Assembly: GCA_051294905.1 (NCBI GenBank)
Contig: CM119375.1
Location: 3,720,001 to 3,784,000 of the forward strand
DNA length: 64,000 bases
Source of the DNA: Botryllus schlosseri
Taxonomy: Eukaryota
Direction of reading: 5' to 3'
Made by a program: the position numbers and the translations under genes. Position 1 is the first letter of the stretch. Each line of letters starts with the position of its first letter. Below are positions 39,601-51,600 of the stretch, piece after piece. A model generated the notes under the pieces. The model was not told the origin of the DNA and did not search any database. It saw only the letters and a list, made by a program, of their open reading frames with translations.

Positions 39601-42600
39601 CTATTGAGGCTGTTCTCATATGTTAAAGAAGAGTACAACAGCATACACAAGCAACATTCTAGAGTCGGATGACACAAGAATACAAATGTTTATCTTCATA
39701 ATAACTTCAAATCATACCGTAGCATTGATAGTAATATCCGTTGCGGCACGAACAACCACAGTTCCTTTTACGAGCGGCGTAGTAATTTTCACAACAGGCG
39801 CTTCCACATCTTCCCTCACAACCACATAATCCTTGATCACGCAGGGATCGCTGGGACCTTGTTTGTTAATCGCGCAAACATCAAACTTGTACTCGGAATC
39901 GGTTTCCAAATTGGAGATTCTTAAAATACAAGCCATTTTCATCTTCAGTACTGACTTAAACCTAGTAGTAGTAGTATAACATACTTGAATGAGCATTTGT
40001 CTGATTTAGTGTCAATTTCTACAGGCTCATCGCAACCACGTTTTGACGCAGTGATGACGTACGATGTCACGAGACTGCCACCGTCCCATTCCGGCTTAGA
40101 CCAAGCCAATGATACCGATGTTTGATCAGTGTGGACCACTTTAGCATCTCTCGGAGGTTGAGGTACCTGAGATAGAATAATCACAGTTTATCTTGCCAAG
40201 CATTAATAGATATGCACTGCGTCTTTATAGCTGTTACGGTGGCAATCTGCCCTGAAGTAGCAATTAACAAGTCATTCCTTTATAAATGTTGATTTGGTGT
40301 TGCGTCCTTAGTTTATTCGGCTAGCTGTCACTTTGTCGCTGTTACAGCATGTTATGTATGGTTCTTTGTCTGAATCTTCATAGAGGTTTGTTGTCCCTAA
40401 ACTGAAGGCGACTACGATATCAAAACCTAGTTTCCAGACCTAGTTCTATCTTGCTGTATTCCGGACATTCATTCAGTTATGGCATTTATTTAAATATCAA
40501 CTATCACAAACGAAGCTTCATTTCTCAAACCTGATGTTAGTTTTGAATGTTTTTGGGATAAAACGCACCTGAATCGGATCACTGGCGGTTACTGCTTCCT
40601 TTAGTTCAATCGGTTCTCCAACTCCGCACTTATTTTCAGCAGAAACCCGGAACAAGTACTGATGATTTTCCAGCAGAGATATCTTCATCATTTTCTTGGT
40701 GTCTGCATAAAACCGCAATAAAGATCTCTCCCAGATGAAACTTGAAATAAAACGAGTATACCTCCTGATGAAACTATAGTCCAGCCAAGCGATAGTATTC
40801 CAGCTGTTGACGGTTCTTTCATCTCAAGGTTGTAACCAATAAGTGGAGTACCACCATCATCTTCTGGTACATCCCATTTCACGATGCAAGAGTTTTTAGT
40901 GACATATCCGACGCTGAGATTTTTGCATTTGCCTGGTTTATCTGTGACAGTGGTAGAGTAAGTTATTATTATTTTCTTCCTGTCGAGTGATATTAGAAAT
41001 CATGACTTACCAAGCACGTTCACCTTGATCACAGATTCTTTAGTACCCGTATCATTGGTCGCTTTGATTTTGTATTCTCCAGAATCTGAGCGTTCCGAAT
41101 TTTTCAAAGTCATTGTGCATTCTTGTTGGTTTCTGCGTGACAAGATGAAGGATTGTATTTATTCATTAATAGATAGCACTAAAATTATACAGTTCAAAAT
41201 ATTTACCTTTCCATGTTAACTCGTGTGTCTTCAAGAGTTCTGTCTCCACAAAACCATGTTAGAACAGGCTCGGGCCTTCCGCTTACTCTGGCCTGCAGTT
41301 TGATAGTTTGACCGGACCGGACAGTGATACATCCCGACATGCTTGTGTCCAATTCAATGTCAGGATGTTCTACCTGATCCTTGATTATAATCGAAGAAGC
41401 TACTTCCGCAGGCTCACCCTCACCAGCTTCATTTAAGGCACTGACTCGGAATCTGTTGCAATAACAAAGTACGATTGAATGTTAATTTCATATTGAAACA
41501 GACTCGAATACTTTCGGCTGACATTCGTCAGTAGTAATCGTCACCAACTAGTAGAGAATTGAAAAAAACCATGCATACAACAATAGACAATGATGAATTT
41601 ATTTCAATATGTGTATGTCTTTCAGTCGTTTATATATACAAGTTCTTCACCTCAAAGAATCTCTCTAAATAACAGAATATTACGCAAAAGGAGATGTGAA
41701 TTCATCTTGAAATGATGAAAAACATGAACGAATTCAATCTTGAACGCACCTATACTCCTCGCCGTCCTCCAGATGCTTCGCAGTAAACTGACAGTGTTCT
41801 ATCGTCTTAGTATGTGCAATTTTCCAATTCAAATCACCATCTTTCTGCAATCGGTAAGAAACAAAGTATCCCAAGACAGGGCTACCGCCATCTTTCAAAG
41901 GCTTATGCCATTTGAGGGTAGCAGATGATTTATCGTAGTCTTCAATAGTCGGGTTGACTGGTGGGCCAGGAACAGCTACAAAATGACACATTTATAGCGT
42001 TTCAGCCGTTTCCAAAATATAACATGACACATACCTATCGGTCTTAAAGCTTTGATTAATTCAGATTCGCCAGAGGGTCTGCTAAGCCCGGCAGCGTTTT
42101 CAGCACACACCCGAAAAGCGTACTGTCTGTTTTCTATCAATCCTTTAATGGATATGGACAGTCCGTTGATAGCATCCTGGGATATCTTCGACCAGCGTCC
42201 TGTATGCTTGTCAAGACGTTCCACATGGTACCTGACAAATGTCAAACCCGTTATGAACAGTTTTGATGCTATTTTTGGTATAGTCTTTTCTCTGATCTTA
42301 TGTGAGTGATAATAAAATAAAATTTCCTTTAAAGATTGATATAAAAAATTACACTTACCCGGTAATTGGGCTACCGCCATCAGCGGCCGGAGTTTCCCAG
42401 TGTACAGTGCAGCCTGTCTCTGCAACGTCCGATATGGTTGGAGCAGGAGGAGACTCGGGAACATCTGGATTTAAGAGTGGCAATTGAAGATTTTTAAAGA
42501 CAGAGAACTTCAATATACAATTAGGTAATATATTCATATCGAAACGAACTTGGATATTTTTGTCTCACACTCGTCAACAAATAGTCTATCAAAAGTCGTA

Positions 42601-45600
42601 TGACCAAGTATGACATCACAGGCATCCAATAATAATCAAAGCAAAGAAAGGACTTTAGCTCAATGTGCTATTTTTAGATTATATGCAAACAGAAGGTGTT
42701 TATAGGAGTGTATTTGAAAGCAGTTAGAATTGATGCAAAAAATTTCTTCCGTAAAATCCTTACCGAACGAATGTTTAGCAACCTCAGGAGAAGACTCCAG
42801 CTCGTCGCTGAGACCGTATTTATTTTCCGCCCGAACTCGGAACAGATATTTGTTTCCTTGGACCAGCCGGGGAATTTTGCATTTGGTTCTAGTGCCTTTC
42901 GAGCTCACAATCCCCCAAGTTTGTTTCGACGTGTCTTTTTTTTCCACGAGGTAGCTGGTAATGGCGGAGCCGCCATCATCTTTTGGCTCTCGCCAAGATA
43001 TCACGGCATTTTCAGGCGTCATTTCGAGGATATTCAACGGTCCGATTGGTGCTGATGGTCGATCTACATATGGGGTAAGCAATAAAAGTATTATGGATTT
43101 TAAAGATTTTTTGATCTCATGTTGTTAGGTACAGTAAACTAACGAACGATCAAGCATGCAGATAAGTCATAATGATACCAAATACCGCATTTGTGTTTAT
43201 TTGTGTATTAACATTACCATCTATGTTCACAGTGAAACTGGTAAACACACACAATTCGAGGATCAATGTGTTAACTATGGAAAATGTGGAGATTGAAGAA
43301 AACATTGAAAATTTTATTTGTGTGAGTTCCAAAGGTAGACATATTTGAAAGTGAATAGTCAAAATTTACTCAAGCTAGACTATGATTTCCGAGTCCAAGT
43401 CTAATTAGTCCAGCCTTGCATTCAAGGTCTTCCAGAAGAATATGCATAGTTATTAAGTTATTCATGGTTCCCCTTCATCTTTTTTATTATTATTGCAATT
43501 AGCTTGTTGTGTATTTCAGTTGAATATATAATAAAATTACTCTTTCCCATATATTACTTACCAAGTACGCTGACGTGGGCCGAAGCCGCCTTGATGCCCC
43601 TTTCGTTTTTCACAGTAACCGTGTAATCTCCGGAATCAGGTCTTTGTATATTTTTCAAAGTAAGCACTGTTGATCGGTCGTCTGTATCGATGACAACATT
43701 GTCGCTCGGTTCCAGTATGTTCCCGTCGACTTTACTCCACGACACTTCCGGAGTGGGGACGCCCCTGAATTTTGCCGACATCCGTGCGGTGGTGCCAGCT
43801 CGGACTGTCGGAAATACCATATTTTCAACTTGATATACGATACTGCATATTTATCTACACAAAAGTCTGTATTCAATAAGTAACTATTTAGGTTTTTCAT
43901 AAAATCAGTCATGTCCTATGCAGTAATCCTACTTAACTGTCATATTCATTGTTCCCTATTATTGCTCCGATATACGCAATATAGATATGATTACTATCAA
44001 CAGATGCAGCAGACTCAATGATCCCCTGCTCACTTCACTGCAGGTCTGTCTCACAAATACTGTACCTTTTTTACAGATATATATCTGCTAATATCCATTT
44101 TATATCACAATTCTTTTATGAACTGCATTTGCAGCACTCTATCCAATCAATATATTTTGCATAATGAGAAGTTTTAATTCTTTGTAGGAATTTATGAGGC
44201 GATGAACCATTTTCCTATCTGTATCATATGTTGTAAAGCATAATAATGTAAGGCTACACACCTGACAAGCCGTCTTGAGCTTTGAGGTCTAAGTCCACTG
44301 TTGGCAGCACTAGTTTTTGTTTGGTAGCAACTGCGCCTGTCATATTAGGCCTGCTTTCTCCGGCTTCGTTGACGGATCTCACCCGTATCTTATAAAGCAT
44401 TCCTTCTGTAAGGTCTGAAACAGTGACAGCAAAAGTTCAGATTTCGCAACAAACACTATATTCATGTCATCAAATTTACTGTACTCCAAATATTTCGACA
44501 GACTTTCATACGAATATGACTCTCACATAAATTTATTACCATCTGAATTCTTTTACATACTGATAAATACCGTACCTGTTACTTAGATTTGAATATGAAT
44601 AGGTAGTATATTCATAATGAAATGAACTTGATATATATGTTGCAACCCTTGAAAAAAATTACTGACAATACTCACTAGCTATAGTGCATGTAGTTTCTGA
44701 TAAAGTATCGAAATTCTGCCAATTTTCGGTCAGCGCAGGCAACGTCACGCCGGCTTTCCTCATCATTTCCATTTCGCTTTCAAGTCCACATTCACAATAG
44801 TCCACAATGTATTCTTGGTATAATAAAAGTTATCACGGTTAGATATACACATGCAATGACTCAATGGGTCTTACCGGATGGGCAAACTCCAGATTCTCGA
44901 TCTGGCTTGGACCAGGTCACGGTTAGTGCACTCTTATCCACGTCTGTGACTTCCAGATCTTTTGGCGGGCCGGGCGCGCGAATCGGGTCTCTTGCCACAA
45001 TCTCTTCGGACACAGCCCAGTCGCTGCATCCAAACTGGTTTTCTGCCGCGATTCTGATCGAGTCAAGAGAAGGGCGATAAAAAAAGGAGTAAAGGAGAGA
45101 GGAAAGTGAAAATGGAAAAAGAGGAATAAAGACACTATTGTTATTAATAATTTTGTGATTATATTACGACACAATGGTTTGAGGATTCGAATCTTAATCG
45201 AGCATTAATTTTAACGATTTGAGTCGAGTGGTGAGAGATAATTTTTGAGCAATGAAATTATACGCTCCTTGCTGATAAGAGTTAATATATCCTATTCCAG
45301 TTTTTCACCTGAATTTGTAGTGACGTCCTTCCGTCAAGTAATTCACCATGAGGCTGGTCTTTTGAGTAGACAGAGATACCGGCTTCCAAGCTTTTGTTTC
45401 CTTACTAGACTTCTCAACCCTGAAGATAGCAAGTAGAAATATCAATAAAGATAGGATAGCAGATGATGTTGTATGTTTTAATCTTTGATCATTTTGCGGC
45501 ATAGACACAGGCTCATGATATACATACACACGATCTGTGCATATGCATATCATTAGTGCATGATATACATGTGTCGCTGGGTAAGGAGGGTGCAGATATA

Positions 45601-48600
45601 GCCTTCTAAGGCTTTTTAAGTCTTGCACCACACGCCCATGCTATCCCTGTCATGCTGAGCGCCAAGCAGGGAAGTCATGGATACCAGTGTTACTAATCAG
45701 GTCTATGGGCTGACTTGGCTGGAATTGAACCCACGGCTTACCAATCAAGAAGCCGGATGCTCTGCCATCACGCTATCTTGTCGCAAATTTGGATATAGTT
45801 TAGTTTTTCTTTTTTACACCATTTGTACCATTTGTATATCTACTTGTTTCGTATAGTTCGATTGACAGCAGTTATACGTCATGTACAATGTACATAAATA
45901 TAATATGCAGATTACATTAAAAAACATAGGCATATAAGCCTATATATGAGAACATAATATGACCCATTGGTCGCTGACCAGGATTTCATGGAATTATTGG
46001 CTGTCATGTTTTCAAAGTATGGTGACAATAAAAGTCATACTGACTTGTAGTTGGTTATGACTGCGCCTCCGTTGTTTGACGGTGATTTCCATTTCAAATA
46101 GCACGAATCGCATCGAATCTCCGAGACTCTGATGTGAGACGGAGGCGCCGGCGCATCAAGCACGCTGATCATAACGGACACTGATTTCCGACCGGCTGGA
46201 TTCTGCGCCATCAATGTGTATCTGCCGCTGTCGGTACGCATCTAGAGTAACAGCACAACAATGTCAAGACTTGCATGCAGAGTAGGGCTGTTCAAAAATA
46301 ACCTTTTCTTTCAAATTTTACTGGCTACTTCATAAAATTGTTAGGTTGCCTAAAAAAATGATGTACACCAATTTTGGCTCAATTTCAACCTATAGCAATA
46401 TAGCTATATAAAAGAAAAGTTTCGGAGTTATTTAATAAACAAACATATAAAAAAATTAGGAGCAAGTAATTAAGTCATGCTTGGAGTATTTTCAAAAGTT
46501 GAAGTACTGCGTTACTGACCTCCTTTACGTCGGTTACATGCAAGGGATAGAAGAAACTCACCGATTTTTCTACATTCAATGACGCTTTTCCAGTGGACGG
46601 ATCCTCCTTGACGTTACATCTTTCCTTGTCGACATCCTGATCGTTTAAGGACCAGGTCAGACTCGGGAACGGATTGCCCTTCACTAAAGTCTTGATGGCG
46701 AAATCCGTTCCTGCCTTTAAGAGTTGATCGCGCGACACGCTAACATCCAATTCAATTTCTGGAGCAACTGAGAATTACAAAATCTGCTATAATCTCCTAT
46801 TATTTCTTATTCAGTGTTTGAAGAGACTCTTGGAGAGAACTTCAATAAGAAATAGCTGAATAATATATTCATATCAAAATAAATGATATATTTCGGCTGA
46901 CACTCGTGGAGGTAATTAATGGTCAGAAACTAGCAGACAATTTAAGGACGTTGTATATCAATAGTCGCATCAGCAAATATGATGTCAACATTAAACCAAT
47001 AATATTCATGCTCATTCCAATATGAATATATAAATCAATTTTTATTCAGTGTGGCCTCATATTTACATTTTATCGCATTCTTGTGTTGTTTTGAATCAAT
47101 AAGATTGTGAATTAACTCAATGAAGGTATGAATCATACTGCCTGTTTAAAGGAGTGGAAACACCTATTTTGACATACCCTGTTTTTCTTTAACGACAACA
47201 GTCCCTTTCATATTGGCCGGTTCGCTTTGCCCCGCCTTGTTCACGGCCGACACGCGTACTCTGTATTCGTTATTTTCGAGTAAATTCGGAATAGTGAATG
47301 TCGTGTCCTTGCAAGTTTCTTCCGTGCACCATGTCTTCCACTTTTCGGCACCGGCTTTCTGCGTCTCGACGACATATCCAGCCACGGCAGATCCGCCATC
47401 GCTCCTAATAAAGAATAAAATATGGAATATCTGATACACAAATTGGAATCGGCTAAAAAATCTAAAGCCTAATAGTTCAGAAGACGCTCTTGGAGGTACA
47501 GAACTTCAATATACTATTAGGTAATGTATTGATATTGCATTAAGACCGAATATTTTCAGCTGACACTCGTCAGGGGTGATCCTACGGATTTCAAAAGAAC
47601 TTTGCATAACATATTTGATGATACGGCAGTTGATATATGAATTTTTTTGAAAGGCATACTAGTTGCTGAAAATTTCATTTAAACAGTGTCAGCAAAAAAT
47701 ATTCCATTAAATTTCAATATAAATGTAATATTCAATTCAGATAGAAATGTTTTAGCATATTCAATATGTTCAGATAACTTGCCTTGGTTTTGTCCAAGTC
47801 AGAGTGACAGATGTCTTGGTGATAGTGGTGAGGGTGATCAATTGTGGCGGACTCGGTGGCACAATGGGATCTTCCGCTTTGACAGCCTTGGTAGGCAACG
47901 AAAATGATCCAACTCCCATACTGTTTTCTGCAGCCACACGGAATTCATATTCGTTTCCTTTGAAGAGTCCAGCTACGCTGCAGCTGGTATCGTCGATGAT
48001 TTCCTGCAAATAATCATTTGGTTACATTGGATTGTACTCTATGTGCATTGAATGGATGGAAATACTAGAATCAGTGACAATAATTATGATTTTTATTGTA
48101 AATAATGTGGATACATTAATATCGATGATGGAGATAATTCATTCTGTATATCAGAAATAAGATAAGCACATACCATTCAGCACAACTTAGAGCTGGTTTG
48201 AGGTAATTAGTTTGAGTTATTTTAACGAAATATATTGGTATAATGCCATTTTAATAATAGTCAATAGGGAGTTGGTAAACCTTACGTAGTTCCCTGAACT
48301 GAAACCCGATAAGGCCTTCGTGAGTCGTATATTTTGTCGTGTGAACGTAGATAACAAAGTATAAATCGTACGATGTTTGGTGCATGTAATCTGTTGTGGT
48401 TATGATATAGGTACGGATGTAATACAGCGTATATATACATTCATGATTATTAGATAGTTCGGAGGTCGATATACAATCATGATTATTTGCTGGTTTGGAA
48501 GTCGACAGACATTCATAAGTATTTCGCTGGTTTGGTGGAGATATATTGCATTTTGAACCGTACGTGATATTCAATAAAGTTACAAGTCGGGGAGACGGAA

Positions 48601-51600
48601 ACAAAATATATTCGTCAGTGTGATCCATCGAATACGTGTGCAAGAGACAGGCTTGGTGGTACGTCAGCCAACAAGGTCGTAAGGAGTGGTTAGCCGGTCC
48701 GTCGAACGGAAGAAGAAACACGCAGCGAATTGTAAACGCAACCTTCTTGGAGTCAGATATACAATTATACAACTACAAACGTTCGCTCTGCGTTAAAGTT
48801 ATCATGTTCAAGTATGTGGGCTACTTTCTCACTGTTGCTAATTGGTATAATTACACTTGAATGGTAACAAATACTGTGTATTATACTCTGTGTATAAAAT
48901 CCCTATGTTTTTCAGAACCGCACATGTTTATAATACTCTATTGCGACATTGTTAGCAATTCTCATTAATGGATTTGCTCTTGCGGAAAAAATCAGTCTGA
49001 CTACAGCTACTCTTCAAGTATTTCAAACCACACTGTATATCGAAATGGTTTTTTTTTCTGACATGGAATATCACTCTATCTAACCACATAATAGAAAAAC
49101 GATAAAGTGAATTATAGGCAAAAGCTGATAGGGATAGTAGAAAATTACAAATCACCTTGGTAACTCGTGTCCAACGTTCACTTTTTGTTTCCCGTTTCTC
49201 CACTATGAAATTAAAGATTTCTTTTCCTCCATCGTAGGGCTTGTTCCATTCCAGTTCCGCTGAGTCTTTGAATATTTCCTTCACTACCAACGAGTCAGGA
49301 GCATCGGGCACACCTTGAAATCGAAGTGTATCGCAAATAGAATTAGGAATCAAAAAGACATTGTACTTACGGAATCGATCTTTTACAACAATTCCTTGCG
49401 TTTCGATAGGCTGTGATCGTCCTTGCGCGTTTTCCGCCATCACACGGAATATATATTCATTTCCTTCTGTTAGTTTTCCCACTGTCACGTCAGTTTTCAA
49501 TGTACTGGACTTTACTGTGGTCCAAGCATTTCGTGAAATTTCTTCAAAACAACAGACGTTAGTTGCAGAGTCGTACCAATAAGCATATTTCTCGAATGCT
49601 AACCTCTTTTCTCAATGACATAGTTTGATATTTCAGTACCACCATCGTCTTCCGGAGCACTCCATGCTAAGATTACATGCTCTTTAGTGACTTCCTTAAC
49701 CTCAAGATCCTTTGGAGGTTGTGGTTTGTCTAGATAACGAACGAGAGAAGACTTAGCAACAACACATCAAGCATATGATGTAAATTCTTTTAATGGTGCA
49801 CACCTTTTATTTCTACATACATTGATTTCATACATGACGAAAATCTATTGTAGAGAATGTAACGGTGATTAGAATATGGTTTGGCTAACTCATTTCCACG
49901 TCATAAAACAATCTTATTTCACAAAGCACAGAATATTACCAACAGTCATACAATTTGCATGGACTCTGACTATATCTAAGCATATATATACATATAATGT
50001 GTATACGCATGTACTGCACTCATATACACATATATCTGAGTACATATATATATATAACATAAACCTCATATGCAATTAAATTTGTAATTGTTTCTCACCA
50101 ATGACAGCAATGAAAACTTTTGTGTCTCTTTGGCCTGCAGTATTACTCGCAATGATCTTGTAAAATCCTGTATCGTCTCTCAAAGCATGAGGGATCTCCA
50201 TCAAACTAGATTTTTCTGTCGTTTTGATCTGCATTAATATGGAAAATGCCATCAATCATTGGATTTTTGTTGACACAATAACTACATTACTTATATAAAC
50301 TGACTTTATATTGGGATATTGTTCTATTCGACATTTCAAAAATACTGATGTTTACTGACCGTCATTCTATCGTTGGTCTCTAAATCTGTTCCGTCTCTTT
50401 CCCATGTAACAGTTGGTGAGGGTTTTCCGGCAATTTTGACGCTGACCCGGCATTCGTCAGCAACTTTAACAGTTACTTTGTCTCGTCCTTGCAATTCGAT
50501 CGATGGCGGTTCTATTGAAAGTGTGATGAAAATGTAACATCAGGTGTATCGCCCTTGACATTTATCAATGTGATAAGACACTGTTTAGCTAAGTGAAATT
50601 TGAAATTGCGATATCTCATAAACTATCGTGTCTAGGTTATAAACAATTGGTGAGTTCATAGTACTTTCCATTCTCTACTAAGTTAAATTTCAGCACTTGA
50701 AAATAATTCCTACAGTCCAAATTTGCTAACATCTTTACATTCGACTCAAAATTCAATATACCTTGAATTTCGCAACAAATGACAGGTTTAGTCGGGAAAG
50801 AAGGTTGCCCGACACCCACTTCATTCTTTGCCGAAACGCGGAATTCAAAATGGTCGCCTTCCTTGAAGCCGGTCACAACTTGGAATGTGTCTGTGACCTT
50901 TTCATCGGTCGCCGGCGTGTATTCTTCCTTGCCGACTTGACGCTTCTCCACCAGATACTCGGTGATTTCGGAACCGCCGTCTGATTTTGGGGGCTTCCAT
51001 TTCAAGGCGACTGAATTCTTTTTGGCGTCAGTGATCTTGAGGTCGTCGGGCCTGTTTGGCACAGCTAAAAAAGTTTGGTGGTAATAATTAGTTAATATAT
51101 TCCATAAATCAAGAATTAGTGCAAGCTCTCTGTCACATGCAAAAATTTGGATGAAAAAAGTTTGATACAAGTAACATTGTAAATTTTAACTCAAGTACCA
51201 ATTTACAACACATATTAAAACTAATTAAAATGGAAAAATAATATCAAGTGCTGAGAAGCACCCAGTAGTAAGTACTACGTAGTAGTAGCGTTGATCTATT
51301 TCCGAAATTGTGCTGTGCATTAGCATGAGTAACATAAAAATTGCTTATGACAAATAGGTGCCACTTTCATAAATAAGTTCATTGTTCAGTTATTGAGAAA
51401 CAAATGCTGTTTCTCCCAGTAATAACGACAATGTGTGACACAAACATACCCCAAAACCATTTTTTAAATTACAAAACTAAAAGTGTACAAATTAAGTAGT
51501 TTTAATAGAAAACTTCATGAAAATGAGGAAGTATCCACAAAACATAACCTTGAGAGTACTTCCTGGAAGTACATTGTTACTGACAACATCTGAATATATA

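Noticed and set aside
44700-44800. FN3 insertion being an unspliced small intron
   Set aside because: No GT..AG pair removes the insert while keeping the conserved Trp and the reading frame.
48290-48625. Hammerhead ribozyme (CTGACGA and GAAAC motifs)
   Set aside because: The two core motifs lie on opposite strands, so no hammerhead core can form.
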